64,000 bases of DNA from Oikopleura dioica (GCA_907165135.1 OU015566.1:7688001-7752000); one strand, 5' to 3'. Positions 36,536-50,476 are shown, counted from the stretch's first letter. Notes: generated by a model not told the origin, from the letters alone. Numbers and translations: made by a program.

Positions 36536-37111
36536 TTGACCTGATTTTTGTAATGTGAGCTGAGATGACTAAAACGAACCACTTTGTGAAATTTCGGAAG
36601 TTTTCTCAAAAGTGGTGGCGTTTTGCACCGGATTTATCTTTCACTCTGCAGCTGAAAATCCAAAAAGGTTTTTTCAAAAGTAATTGTTAATCTTTATAGG
36701 TGAGTGTTCAAGCTTTCCAGCGATATGTTTTGTAACTTTTTTGCTTGCCGGAAACGCAAGTTAGAGCTAAAAGTCTTGAGCGCTCTTTATCACACACCAT
36801 ATTTTGCGCGCCGCGCGGGGCTGAATAATGCATTGTGGTCCCCTCACCCGACCCCGTGTTTTGAGCGCTTAGTCGCGCGCCCGTGTATTGAGAAGTTAAC
36901 CTTTTTTTCGAATTTGCATTTTCAGAAGACGATGGCGCCCGCGGCACTCGCCCGAGGGCACACAGACTTTTACCAGCAGCGAAATCCAGAAATAAATATT
37001 CCATATATCATTAACCTTCTTTTATTAATATATTACAAAAAATTATTTCATAAAAAAAGAGAGAAAAAGACCAAAGATGTTAAAACTTAGAAGATAGAGG
37101 AAGATATTAAA

Positions 37112-40100
37112 ATGGAAGCAACCAGCAATTTTACCGACAAGTCAGAGATTTTTGTCAACGAATCTTTGGTTGACCCAGAAGATGAGGAACTGAGAAAACA
37201 GGCGACTGATATTTTATTCTTGTTTTTGCCACGGGTTAAATTTTGAATCTAGTTTTTATCACAGTTTCTCTAGGATAATTTATAATTGAACTAGAAGCAT
37301 CTACCCCTTCCTCGAATTTGAGTGAAAGTCAATAGTATTGACTCAATACTATAATTACGTTAAAAAGATCAATTCTTGCTACTCTATTCAAACTAGAAAT
37401 CTAATTTCATAAAACATATCGACATCGATAAGAGAGGGTAAAATTTAACCCGAAAAAAGACAGGATTATGCATATTTACCGCTTTTCTTGGGCTTTATCT
37501 GGAAAGTGACCAAATATTCAATTATCAAAATCGACCTCATAAATAAATAATAACATGAGTCATGTTACATGACAGTATCAATAACGAACAAAAATCCCTT
37601 CGCCAAATCTTAAATTTAATATTTTTTCGACCAAATAATAAAACCAAATTTTCAATTTATATTTATCGTCGTTAGTCGGTACTCGAATCAACAGAAAATG
37701 ACAGTGAGCAGCGTATGGCAAGGCTAAAAATTAAAGCGAATAAATTGACGCTTCTAAGCGATCAACGTGACTTTTCCGTTTGCATAATATATTGAGTCAA
37801 TTTCAACTCAGCTCTGAAATTGTTCAATTCTATTTGCACAGACGAGCACCTACCGCTTGAGACAATTTGCTTAATTTTCTAGAACCAGACTATTACTCAA
37901 CTTAAATTTCATAATGAAATCATAGCAAAATAGATATATTTATTAACATATCTTCTTTTAACTGTCACTTTTGAACATCCATCATCATTTTCTACGAAAA
38001 AAAAACTCGAAACTTCATTCCCTGATCAGAGGATTTGTGCCTGAAGGATGATCATTTTATTCGAGTATTTAGTCGATAAGAAGAAAATACAATTTATTCT
38101 TCCAAAAACTAATTGATGATTGTCCATCTATGGAATTTCAGATGTTCCTTGGTTACTCTTGTTATTCTTAGAAACTTCTAGGAGTATTGGAAGATGCGGT
38201 GTTTGATCATCGGAATAAGAAATAAGAACGGATCGACTTCGGATAAATTTTGCATATCCAAGTGACATATTGAAGAAATGACCTTGAACAGGGATCAAAG
38301 AAAACCGATACTCGAGCAAGTTCGAAACTGGAAGTCTATATTTGCGATTTCAGGCGTCATTGAAACCTGCTCCACTTGGAATTACAGTAATTTGCTCCCA
38401 ATTTGATCCGATTGAATGTACCCGAGTGCTACTACTAATTGCCGTTTTTCAAGTCACGTGCGTCTGGATCTAAGTCTAAGAACTCGACACAAATGATCAT
38501 TGGCGCTAAGCCTTCACTTTGTTTTGCGTGAATTGAAGATGCTTATTTTCGGTGCCAAGATGATCAGGGATAATTGCCGAACGTCCCGGCCCGATCTCGG
38601 CTGAGAAGAAAGATTTAGCGCCGCTCCACAGATCTCCAAACGGAAAATAACGAGTTCCACACAAATCATTTACAAATCTTCCAAGTGTCGTTTTAATCCC
38701 TCCGAGTTGCCTGCTCCGGGAGTGGATGATTGCGCGGGAGGATCATTTTGTGGAGCATTCTGTATTCTATTGAGCTGCTTACTTGGAGATTTGAGCAGCT
38801 AATGAGGTCTTTTTGTACTCGAAAAACCTCGTTTTTTATAATGAAATTGACTTATTTCACAAGAATAAAGGGTTTTACTTTGCAAATCCGGTAGACTTGA
38901 TGTCCATCATAATAACCTTTTACCGGTGATGGCTTATTTTCGCTTTATTAGTACTAGATTCGATTTCCGAACCATTTCCCTTGAATACCTCTATACAAAT
39001 CGATAATAGCGAGCGATAAAATTGCCTAAAATTCAAGTTCTTCATCCCCTTAGCCGAAAAAAAAACTGAACAAGGACTCGCCGAAAAAGCAATAAGTCTT
39101 CTTTATCAATCTGGCGGGTAGACTGGAGTTCCCATTGACAGATGACCAAAAAGGCTGATGCATTAGTAGAGTGAAAGGTGAAGGGTGATTTTTTAATCTT
39201 GGCGATTTACATGCAGTGCGCTTGATAATTCATTCCTCCCCAATCTTTGATCACCTCTTCTTGCAATTTACCCAAATCGATAAATTTATAAACTCTCGCT
39301 TCTCGAAATGCAGAATATAATATTACATTTGGTTACTTGAAAATAAGTCAATTTCCCTTCCTGTTTATGCGGCTACGATTGGAAAGCGCTCGATTCTCCG
39401 GACGAGTTTGGCGAGAATGAGCTTTGCATTGCTCCTCCTGGGGAACTTATGCTTCGTTGTTGAGACTGCTCTTGTTTTATGGACGATCATCAAGGTATTC
39501 CGCGTTGAAGGATTTTGAAAGAATTAATTTTCAGCCGACAACTGATGAAAAAACTTGCCGTCTTCAGGTACAACCCTCCTTAGGAAATCCATGTCAAAAG
39601 TGACATTTTTATCAAGTCCTGCGTTCCATAATTACGAACCTGATTCTTAGACGCTCAAATTCAGAAAAAAACTCTTTACAAAAAATTTTTGTTTTAGCGA
39701 CTTTTAGACACTTCTTTTAGTAAGTGTATTTTTTGGTAATTTGGAACTTTGAGAAAATTTTCTGAAAATCTTTATCGTCCAAATTGGATCCGCCAAAATC
39801 TCGAAAACGAGCAAATGATACTCATTAACTCGTGAGAACTGAGCCCCTTCCACGTGACCTAAAAACGCGTCTCCTTCCTGTTTCAAAGTTGATGGAGATA
39901 AATTTCAGGAGAAACTGACAAATACGATGATGGCAGTGGCGTTTTACCCAATTTATCTTTTTCTTTGGAGCCGGCAGCTGTCAATTTACAGGTATTATTA
40001 TTTCATTCAAACTGTAGATAGTACTGGATCAATTTTTCACGACTTCCACCTTTCAGGCCCGATCTTTTCACGCGTTATCGTAATATTAAATACGCAGTCG

Positions 40101-41808
40101 AATTTAATAATTCACGGGACGGCGACGCTACTGGCGACGTTCAAAAATATCTTCGGTAATTGAGTGCATATTCTTACGCTACTAATGGCCCGAGTAATCA
40201 CATAGAAAGTAAAAAGTGACTCTTCAAACCCGTATCAACCCAGTTGCTTCTTACAGTAATAAAAAATATTCAGGGATCGTCGACTTGCATCCGCTCTGCC
40301 CGTTTGGCTTCGCGCATTCTCCAAGTTTACCCTGGAACGGATACAAAAGATTGTCCCGCTTCTTCCGCACGGAGATGTAAAAATCGGGGGCAAAATTTTT
40401 GCTTCACAAAAGAATCCTGTCAAGAATTCTGAAATTTGGGAAATCTAAAAAGCTCAAGAATTCCAAAACAGCGAAAAGGCCCCCTCCTCCTCAAGACATT
40501 CCGCTAATCAAAAATTGACAACAAACTTAACTTTTTGAGTTTGAAGAAAATCAAGCCAGAATTGGAGAATTTCTAATTCAAAAGAATATTTCTAAAAAAA
40601 AATTTTGTCTAGAAATTTTTTCTTATCAAAAAAGAAATGATAAAAATTCTGAAAATATTTATGCAATAGCTTGTTTATTCCTTATCGCCATATTTCAACT
40701 GCCTTATCAATATTCAGCAGGAGCTGAAGGCGGATAATTGTCTCATCCGGGATTAAGGGGAGCATATCGGTAATAACGTGAAATTAACCTTCGATTGCAT
40801 TTCTGAGCTCTAAGAAAGGCTCAAAGGGAGCGAGTAATTGGATCCAAAACGGACTCCTCCTTCGCGAAAACGTGTGTATCCGGGTTGAAGTTTATGATTG
40901 TCAGTACACTCACGGGCTTTGTTGTGATTCTCGGCTCCACGCTTGCTGATCCGAAGAAAATCGACTTCAAAGATGGCTACTGTATCAAAGTTGATGATAC
41001 TTGGAGCGTCGCTGCTGCTATTGGAACGTAAGCATAGGGTCGATATGTTATCAATTATATCAGATAGAGATAGTGTTCAAAAGAAGTTTCTAAGAGGAAT
41101 TTATCTTTTTTTTCTTATCGCTTCATATTTATTTAAATATTGAAAGAAAAAATATATGAAGCTAAGTTTCGAACTTTATTACAAAACCTTGCAGAAAGAG
41201 CACACATAGTGATTATTAACCCTAAATATATTCTCTGCAATAGAATTGACATCTATTTTTAGGATGGTGATAATACAGGTAATCCTTTGGAATCCCCTCC
41301 ATTTCGAATTCTGGCATGTCAACCTCCATTCTCATTATGAAAAAAGAACACCGTGGAAACCGAAAATTTGAATAATTTTCACAAAAAAGAACTCCATGGG
41401 AGCGCATTTCAACACGTTCAATTCAAAACAGGAATTTCGCCAAAACCACTTCTCATGTTTCTTCAGAGCCTTTTGCTGTTCCTGTTCTGGTACCCAATTA
41501 TGACAGCTCTTTCGACGGGCCACTCGAGTCTCGGACAGTACGTTCGACGCTGCGCCATTCTAACTTTGATCAATTCGCTTTCGGATGTCACTACTTTGGC
41601 GTTTATGCTCGTCTTCATGAACACCGCTCCAGTGCCGCTCCTTGCCGTCGTCTATGTAGGTCAAATGTTCATCATTTATTTTTCAAGTCAATTTTTTAAG
41701 CCTATCAACTTGATGGTGAACTGCTGCTGCTGCATTTTCTCCTACCGAGGTGGTTCCAGTATGATTTTTCCCTGGGGAGAACTTTGTCATGGATTATCAC
41801 ATTTTTAA
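37112..41808 (+). CDS. Orphan seven-transmembrane (GPCR-like) receptor
   Basis: Putative exon 1 MEATSNFTDKSEIFVNES has N-glycosylation sequons. After a ~2.1-kb intron come ISLPVYAATI (TM1 end), MSFALLLLGNLCFVVETALVLW (TM2), TCRLQ|EKLTNTMMAVAFYPIYLFLWSRQ (TM3), a TM4/ECL2 exon at ~40870-41027 (DGYCIK), and TM5-7 in ORF 41353-41808 ending SMIFPW. Assignment of the first exon is less certain. Confidence 0.7.
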
Positions 41809-43498
41809 CTTGGTCAAAACCAACCTATTATTTGCTTAGTCCAAACCTCAAATTACTGTCGAAAAAGCGGTTCCACTTTTTGCGTCACAATACGTTACAG
41901 TAGCACTACAGAAGCCTAGAACCCAAGCAAACTCTATGACGCGTAATCGTTCCTCTTTCACTTTTTTCTTCGAACACACTTCGAACAGATGTTGGAATTC
42001 CCGGTCTGACAGTAGCTCCCTCTGAATTTGTCGGTTTATAGTGTCATAATTGTTGTTTTGGATAAGTGTGAATCCAGACTAAAGGCGGCGGTTCAACGCA
42101 AAATTTGGACCCATCGAGCATAAATCCAAGCTTTCAAAGAGCGAAAAGGAGAATTCAACCAGCGTTTCATCGTAAGTTACAGTATCAAAACTCCAAGTTA
42201 CAGTTTTTTCTTGCAGAAGTGATCGGACAGAAGGAGTGGTGACTTGCGAAAAACCGATTCCACCAGTAAAACTCTAGCTGTAAATTTAGTTTTGTGGAAC
42301 TTTCTTTGTTTTCTGCGAATAATAACTGTATAATAAAGATTTATTTATCCAAAAAAAGAGCTGTCTGACCTTCTCAGTTCGACATTGACAGGACTGACGT
42401 CAAAGAAGAGCGCGATTGATAAAGCAGATTTGAGATCTGGTTTAATTTGCATTCTAGCCACAGTTTTTTGATGAGATCGAATTGAGCAGGATTTCAATTC
42501 TTACAGGTAGACAGTGACAAATAAAAGATAATGAAAAAGTGGTAAGCTCCTCTGAAGGCTCCATTTATCAATCAGAGCATGATGAAACAGCAACTTTTGA
42601 AGAAGGAAGAATGAAGTTTTGATTTCCCTAAAGACAGAACTCTTTCTATATACTGCATTACATACAGTATGCACCATACTGTATGGTACAATAATATTCT
42701 TTTATACGTAATATTAACATAACACTGTAAAATTACGACAGTTATGGTGATATTGCGTACAACAACTTGATTGATTAAAAACATGATAAAAAGTAGACAG
42801 ATAATTTTTGAGCACATACTTTTTAACTAAACGAACCGTAAAAACGAGTCCGCTTTTAGTACCCTTTGATATTTTTAACAGGTCACGTGTTTGATTCGAC
42901 GGGTTTTTCATGCGTTTTTGATGTTTTTAATATTGATATATGAGTATGAACATGATTGAATTTGATACGATCACATGTTGAAGATTTCGAAATTAGCGTT
43001 ATGGTCTTACAGTATCATGTGATGTTAAAACGGGTGGAAGCGATGGAAGATAAATGAAAGCGAGACAATGAGTGATTATAGGGGATTTTGTTCGAAACGG
43101 GCGGGGATGAGCACCGTCTAGCTGGGCCTACAGGAAGAGATTTAAATTGGGGCCATTTAGGGCCGACCTCGTTCTGAGGAAAACTCAGAATACGTGTGTA
43201 TGCGCGCCGATAATATTGTTATATTTTGAAGGTGAGTTTCTAAGTTATAAAGGGCGCCTTAGTCCAAACATTAAAACTTTCAAGGGTTAACAAGAAGATG
43301 GGTGAGCAAAGTATTAAATTTCTTCAGAAAAAAAGAGTGTCTTAATTCTTAAATTCATCATCAAAAGATACTTTGACCAATTCAAATGGTTATTTTTAAA
43401 ATTGAAATCAAGGAGGACAAGCAATAATCAAAAATTTTTCTTTTATTTTAAGAAGGTTGATTGTCAGTGAATAACCTTGTAGAACCTCTACAAGGAAA

Positions 43499-44044
43499 TT
43501 AGTTGTTGCCAAAGTGGGTATTGTAAACTTTTGACCGTCCATTTGAACCTCTTCTTGTCAGGAATGAATGTGATCTCGTTGTTTTGTAAAGCAGTTGCAT
43601 GTAGGAAAGACACAGCCCGTCGAGCCTGCTCCTCGTGATTCGATCTGGATGATCCTGACGCTGAAGAAGTCGGTCACAAAGTTTCCACTTGTCGTGATTG
43701 TCCACCGCTGGTCGGTTATTTTCCAAATGGCGATTGAGCATTTTGACTTTTTTGCAGAGATAAATCTCGTTTCTTGGGTCAGCATCTTCGCAAAACTTAA
43801 CGACGTCGAGAAAGTTGTGGTGGTTTGCTTTTTCTGGAGCTTGAGCTGTACTTGGTTGGTCACTCGTGTGGAAGTTTATGAACTGTTTTGCTCGATGATT
43901 TTCCCGCTCTGCCTGAATAGAGGACGTTAGATAAAGAACGGATAACCTGTTTTTTCTTACATTATGATAGTTCATAAATCGTTGATATCTTGCAAACTTC
44001 GCATCAGCGTTGAGGAAAGCCAACGATACTATAAAAATCATCAT
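43499..44044 (-). CDS. Secreted 181-aa orphan protein, possible peptide precursor
   Basis: Long ORF with signal peptide MMIFIVSLAFLNADA, four Cys in two pairs, and basic pairs RK, KK and RR. Confidence 0.65.
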   Translation of the reverse strand: MMIFIVSLAFLNADAKFARYQRFMNYHNVRKNRLSVLYLTSSIQAERENHRAKQFINFHTSDQPSTAQAPEKANHHNFLDVVKFCEDADPRNEIYLCKKVKMLNRHLENNRPAVDNHDKWKLCDRLLQRQDHPDRITRSRLDGLCLSYMQLLYKTTRSHSFLTRRGSNGRSKVYNTHFGNN

Positions 44045-44649
44045 TTGTCTGATTTGATAACTGCTACTTTTCAGTCATCTGATTGAACTATGATAAACAA
44101 GGACTTACTTTTATAGTAGCGAGCTCTTCATTGATGGCGCAGTTTTAGTCTCAAACTTTGAGGCGCTCAAGAACGAAATAAAGTTCAACCGAGTTATTTT
44201 TCGTTATATGAAATACGTTATTCAATTCGATATAATACGCCTTCTTAGCTGATCTTCTACAGTGTAGAAACTAAACAACGGTCTTTAGAATCTATAGACT
44301 TTAAGAATCTAGGATAGCGCCTCACCCACCGGGATTCTTGAGTGCGGAATCGAAAGTCAAATATTTCTGTTTATACTTTAATTATCTGTTAAATTGCTTG
44401 AATGGTCGAAAATATCTTCCTGCAGCAAATAATTTTGACAATAATTTGAACTTGTTTATCTGATTCGAGACAGTAATCAATGAAATCATCCTAAAAATCG
44501 CCTATTGATTGCAATTTGAACGATTTCTTCTTGAATTTATATATTATTTGATCAAGAGAGAGGATGAAGAAGCAACTTCAAATATTATTAGGTCTGTGAG
44601 ATAGAATTTTCGATTGTCAAGAATCCTGATAACTTTGAAAAATCATCTT

Positions 44650-46300
44650 TTAGACATAGTTATAAACAAGAGGTCTAGCTTGACGTATTGTTAGCCCTTT
44701 CAAGAGCTCTCGAATGAGTTTACCACCGTACGCGACTCCGATGGTAAAAATCGCTTTTTTACGTCTGAGGACTACGTTACGTTTAGTACCTGGTAAAAGC
44801 TTAGCGAAAGTTCATGAGAAAAATGATCAGCCCAGTTGTCAGTCGTCCAAAACCCACCACTCTTGTTGGATCCGTAAGTTGACTTGTTGACCTACAGGGA
44901 TAAATATCTAGCATTATTACAATGTCATTTCTATAGGACATCGTTCTTCCCAAATCTCATTTTGGGCATGAGGAATTGTTAGTCATTGTATTGGATTACT
45001 ACTTTCAAAAGAATTTTCAAAATTCTAATGGCCCATGATCGTTTTTTGCTTTATCTACTGAGCAGCTACTGTAGATTGGTTGAAATTAATCCTTCTGTTA
45101 TCCCAGAATAATCTTGTTGACCGCGTGAGGTTTTGTTGACACGGAGGTTTAATTATAAAATAGCAAATCCTTCATGAAGAAAGGGAGTAATTTTGGTCAG
45201 TGATAGCTTAATTAGCATTCAGGACACCATACACACCAGGTAAGGCCATGTATCAAGCCCTATTGAGAGTCTGAATGATGAAGAATGAGGAGATCGGTTA
45301 GAAGGATCACCAAAATCGCGAGAAAATACACGGCAGAGACGGGTTTATAAACAGAACAGAACTTTTTTTCTTCATGAAAATCAATGAAGAGAAAATTTAA
45401 TCATATTTTCTAGTTTACAACATCCTGAGAATTCTAACATGGGTTCTTCTCGGCAATATTTGTTTGATTATTTTTCATCATATTGTCGACCCGCCAGGTT
45501 AGTGGTCACTCAATATCACTGAGTTTATGTGAAATCAAGCATGTGGAGTGTATTTCTACCGATTGCTACCAGCGTTTGACGCATTTTATCTACTTGTCGC
45601 GATATTTGGACTTGTGGCAATGAAAGTTGACCAACAGAGCGTAAGTATTTTTTATTATTTCGAGATTTCATCGTTTCATTTCCAAAAGTATTTAAAGATA
45701 TTATTAATATTTCAATACATGACGTTTTCAATGATAAATTATCACTGATAGACATATGATGATAGAGCTTTTTAATATCTTTTAGACGTACTCTTTTTTC
45801 CGGACAGCGGTTTTAACCCAAGGAAAGGAATTCATACTCCAACGAATTTATTGAATAGTTTTCACAAAAATTGATTCTCTTCGAAGCCCTCATATTTGTC
45901 GCCAATCTACTCATCTCAATGACGATACAGTCCATCACCAGCATCGACAAATCTTTACTTTTAAACTCAACAAGGGTAAAACATTCACAACCGCTCATTT
46001 TCAACATTTTTCTAGTCGGACCACAAGCACGATCTTGGCTCGTACATTGACGTGACCTGTAATTGCACATCGAAAGATATTCTCTCTCCCGACTGTACTG
46101 TCTTTTGGGATGGATTGCTCCATGATTTGGTCTTTGAGCTCGTCGGGATTATTGCATCGCTTTTGGCTGCCATTTTCGCGACACTGGCGGCAGAGAAGTA
46201 AGCATTCAAAAGATCCTTTTAATATTTTCTATTCTTAGTGCTTTCGAAAAGATGGAAAAAATAAGAAGAGCAAAGTTGAAACGATCTTCAAGTTTACGTG
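44650..46300 (-). CDS. Possible uncharacterised multi-exon gene
   Basis: Exon-like segments bounded by AG and GT: CLLLCRQCRENGSQKRCNNPDELK..., VNKSTYGSNKSGGFWTTDNWADHFSHELSLSFYQ, and RKKAIFTIGVAYGGKLIRELL...YNYV-stop. The joins are not resolved. Confidence 0.35.
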
Positions 46301-46439
46301 TCATATCAAACAATAAAATAGACAGAATTTGACCATTTCTATGCTTTCTTGTATAGTACTCAGGTATAATTGTGTTAATTTTTTTCTTGTCATTTGTGAT
46401 AAATCATTTTATAAATTTATTTACAAGGAATGTTAAAAA

Positions 46440-48938
46440 TTAGCAATATCCATCAACAAGTTTGAAATACGTCGTCGGAATGTATCCCTCTTCGCCGCTC
46501 TCAACTTTCTTAATTTTGCTCCAGCCATCGACGTCCCGCATGCTCACATCAATGATCTCTCCAGCTCGAACACTACGAAAAAATTATTCTTGAAAATTAT
46601 CCAGGAAACGTACGAAATAGTGTCGTGAGATCTTTCGCCGGTGAAATCATAAAGGACTGTCGCCCGGCCAAGTGTTTCTGCAATCGACATTTCATCCCAT
46701 TCTGTTCGTTCATCTTCAGCAGCACTTTTTTAGGGTTTATAAAATCATCTTTTGAATTCAAAAAAGGGGGTCCTTTATCGCCAATATAATATCGGATAAT
46801 ATTTGTTCATTTACCCATTCCTGAGGCCCTCCGGTCGTCCTCGTGTGCCCATCAGTTCAGCTGAAAGAGGCAGGGTTATTGGCACCGTCGACGCAGAAGG
46901 GGATGACTCTTTGGATGAAAAATCTTCCGTCCTTCTTCCAGGTCGTTTTGCTTTTGAATCGATTATGGACCTGAGCGCGGGGTCAACATCTACTGCTTTT
47001 ACTCGCGTCGTCCTAGATGCAAATATTTATACAGTCGATACTGTCCGATCAGCAGTACCTTCTGTCTTTTTTCCGTTTTTCCCTGGACTCGGATTGTTTT
47101 CTGCTGCGATCAGAAGACGCTGGAATGAGAAAATGACTCGAGGATTCGCGACGCTCTCCAGAGCTTGCTTCGATTTTCGTGTTCTGGAGAGATGCCATAA
47201 TTTCAGCGTTTTGCATTTCGATTGTTCGCTGAGAAAGCTTTGGCGTTGTGACTTCCTGTAATCGGAGAGTTTAAACTTTTATGGGGAAGCGAGGAAAAAT
47301 ACCTCTTGAAAGCCAGATGTTGTGGGGATCACAGGAGCGGGGCGCTGTTTTTGGCTGAAGACCAGGTCTGAGTCCCAGTGCCGGTCGATCGAGTCGATTT
47401 CTTTGTTCAAGGAGGTGATGCTTTGCTTTGAGGTGTCATTTGTGTCACGCAGTTTTCTCGCAATTTCTTTCAAGGAGACTTTCCAGCACTGCGTCATGTT
47501 CTGATAAATGTCCTGCTGACTGGAGCACAAGACGGGAAGAGTGTCTTTCGTCGCTTGAATTTGGAATTTTTGAAATTCCTTGGTGACTCGGCTCAGTTCG
47601 TCCCGTGCGCGCTCGGCGAGAGCTTCTTTGTCTGAAGCAATGACTCTGAAATCAGAAAGTTTGAAACGAAAAATTTTGTTGCTGTACCGAAGATTGTCTT
47701 CTTCTTTCAGGTTGTTTTTGTCGGGCCTTTCTTTGCATTTTAGATATTTCAGTCTTCAATAGGATTTAGAAAAAATCTTTTTCTTGATGGTTATTAATTT
47801 TATCATCAACTTCTTTGCTTACAAAATATATTTGAAGACAAAATCCTAGCTTGCTCAGACTCCTTTTGCCTCGTTGCCGACTTCGACTTCGCATTGACAA
47901 CTCGTTTCTTGAGCTCATCCGTCGTTGATCGAATCTTTTGATCTTCCTGGAGCAGCTTCGATCTTCTTTCCCTTGATTTCTTTTCCGTCGGGCTAAGATC
48001 TTGGTTCACAGCTTGGAGCATGATTCGAGCCATTTTGTCGTTGTCGTGGCACCATTTTTGGGTGTGGCCCAGAACGCTAGAATTGCTTTAGAATGGGATG
48101 GTCTTCTGGTTTTATTCCTAGAGTACCCCCTTTTGTGCGAAAAAGAGCAGTAGTAAAAGCTACTGAATAAACCAGACCTAGCGCGTTTGGATCAAAAACA
48201 AAGGTCTTTGTGAGCCAAATCCCCTGACCAAGATGGCTTATCCCGACCACGTTTTTCTTACTTGATAAATACTTTGTTCGTCGAACTTTCCACAGCCGCG
48301 CCTTTTTGACCATTGCGATTTCCGATCGCCATAAATTTTGTTTGATGTTTGATCGTTAGTGCTTTCATCTAAAAATTTTTAATTTCGACCTCCGAAGGTC
48401 GGGAAATTTACCTTCTCAGAATATTCGATTTGAAGTTGGGCTTTTTCGGTGAGAAATTTTGCCAAACGCGAGGTTTTTTCGAGAAATATATCCAGCGCCT
48501 GAAAAGATTTATGAACAGTTTTTATTGGTAGATTATGCTGGCCTTTTGAGAGTGATTATTTTCGTTAAAATAATATTTCTGCTGTATTAAGATTTTGACT
48601 TGTCAAGGTAAAAAGCTACAAGTAAGAAGATTTGAACGATTTTAGGAAATTAACCGACCGGAAAGGAGCGTTAGAAATTCGAATACCAAAGTTATGCCTA
48701 GTGAGCATGACTCTTTCCTGGGATAAAAATATTTCTTGGGCAAACCCTAATCAACGTATTTGAAATACGGTATTTCTCATGAAGATTATTAAAAAATTTG
48801 GCTCTATAATTATTTATGCCTTAAAATTCTTTACAAAATACAAGTTTATTTATTATTTAAAAAATTATTAAACTTAAAATTTACCTCATCGTAGCCGGAA
48901 AAACTGGCGACGGAGAGTCCCCAATTTTGTGAACTCAT
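46440..48938 (-). CDS. F-BAR (FCH) + C-terminal SH3 protein (CIP4/FBP17/NOSTRIN-like)
   Basis: MSSQNWG...FSGYDE|ALDIFLEKTSRLAKFLTEKAQLQIEYSEK|MKAL is FCH-like, followed by coiled-coil exons. The C-terminal ATVLYDFTG...VRAGEII...DGWSKI...EEGYIPTTYF is an SH3 domain. Confidence 0.8.
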
Positions 48939-49015
48939 TTTCTTCCTCTTCAAAATCTCTTTTCTTCTTATTCTTCTCTACTTTTTTCTTTACTAGTGTG
49001 TCTGGGAAAATCGAT

Positions 49016-49782
49016 GCTCTTCAAAATTGAATCCGTATCTCTGAATCTGCCTTAGGCGTCCTCGGTGGTCTCCCAACCTTCGATCCTCCCTTTTTTCGCG
49101 AAAAAATATACAGTAAGATCTTGGCCAGTATTGACTATTTGGCTCGCTTTTTCAAAATGGATAAGTGTTTGAAATTGCTGTTAAAAAAGCAGTCGGCCGA
49201 TTCAACAATGAATTTAGTGAGTCACAAAAGTTAAACAACAGAAAATTACTACCGCCATGGGCCATCAAGCGGGACATCGACGGGGAGGATCTCAGAAAAC
49301 GATAAAAATCCATTTGGCACGGGACCTGGGACTCAACCTTTGTCCAAATCCAGGGCGCACCTGGAGATAGCTACGCCAGATATCGAAAGAAACTGGAAAA
49401 TCAAAAGCTCGCATCAGAAAATCAAAAAATGCTTCAAGGTTTTCAATCAATTTTATGGTACTTCGACCTCAAAAAAGCTTCAACCCGACTTTACTGACAG
49501 TAAAATACAGTATTCGCCACCATTGGCGTTTCTCCAAATTCGTGTTCGCTGACAATCGAAAGAAAAAGCATGAACCTGCTATTTATTGTTACTTCAGTCT
49601 GAATGATGTGGAATACAAGAATTTCCAGCGATCATGTACAGTAGATACCAGCATCTAAAACAATTATCATTTTCAAATTGATATTCTGTGATTTACAAAA
49701 GAAAGATCATAGCGAAAAGTCCAGGCGAGCAAAAGTTAAAGAGCTTCTTTTTATTCCACTCTTCGCATGGCATATGCGCTAG
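49016..49782 (+). CDS. Possible uncharacterised gene or pseudogene, head-to-head with the F-BAR gene
   Basis: The protein-like frame GRFNNEF...LLPPWAIKRDIDGEDLRKR*KSIWHGTWDSTFVQIQG...QKMLQ is interrupted by an in-frame TAA at 49303-49305. Further exon-like segments run to 49782. Confidence 0.3.
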
Positions 49783-49821
49783 AATTAATTTCGTTTCACA
49801 AATCATCAATCTCTTTGATAA

Positions 49822-50049
49822 TTAACCGTTTTCCGTCTCTTCTGGAAGCAGATCTAGGAGCTTGTCAAAATGGCCTGGTAGCTTGATCATTTTGTCCAAG
49901 TTCTCAATTTCATAGTTTTGAGTCTTTCTTCTGTTAGTTTTAACGATTCTCGGCATTTTAAGCTCGATTCCGCAACCACAAAAGTCTAATGGAATCGATG
50001 AAAAGCCAGAGCTCTCAAATTGTGGAACTGCTTCGAAATCTGCTGACAT
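49822..50049 (-). CDS. Small orphan ORF (75 aa)
   Basis: ATG 50049, MSADFEAVPQF...LLPEETENG. No domain recognised. Confidence 0.3.
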   Translation of the reverse strand: MSADFEAVPQFESSGFSSIPLDFCGCGIELKMPRIVKTNRRKTQNYEIENLDKMIKLPGHFDKLLDLLPEETENG

Positions 50050-50476
50050 TATTATCCAGCAATCAGACGACGCTTTGAAGCTAATCAATCAAACCAAGGG
50101 CTTAATGTTCAGCGAACCCTGTTTTCAGACAAAAAGCCACAATTCTGATATAATTAGAAGTCTACTAAAAGTAATACTAGCCATAGGAGAAATCAAGAAT
50201 CACGTGGAAAAATGCATAATATTTCTAAACACTCGTCAGTGCCATGAATTGTTAACCCTTTCTACGCAAGCAGGCTCTTTTTTAGAACCTGGATTGAATA
50301 ACTCAAGAGTGGACTCAATTGATAATTGATGCCCAACACGTTGAGGAATCGTCAGGTTCTGGCGATGAAGAGTTCATTTAATATTAATCGGAGCAGGGCT
50401 TGAGAAGGTTTTACAGAAACCAACTGGTCAGTTGAAATCAAGAGTGGCTCTCGATCGCACGAGATAGAGAGAAAAA

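Noticed and set aside
38120-39300. Possible decayed retrotransposon ORF on the minus strand (HSR...GGIKTTLGRF looked integrase-like)
   Set aside because: Stop density in the frame is about what random AT-rich DNA gives, and I found no RT, RNase H or DDE motifs.
49190-49660. Resemblance to the PARG N-terminal region (WDS..V; F..RK...IYCYF)
   Set aside because: Only two short weak motifs match, and the catalytic QEE loop is absent downstream.
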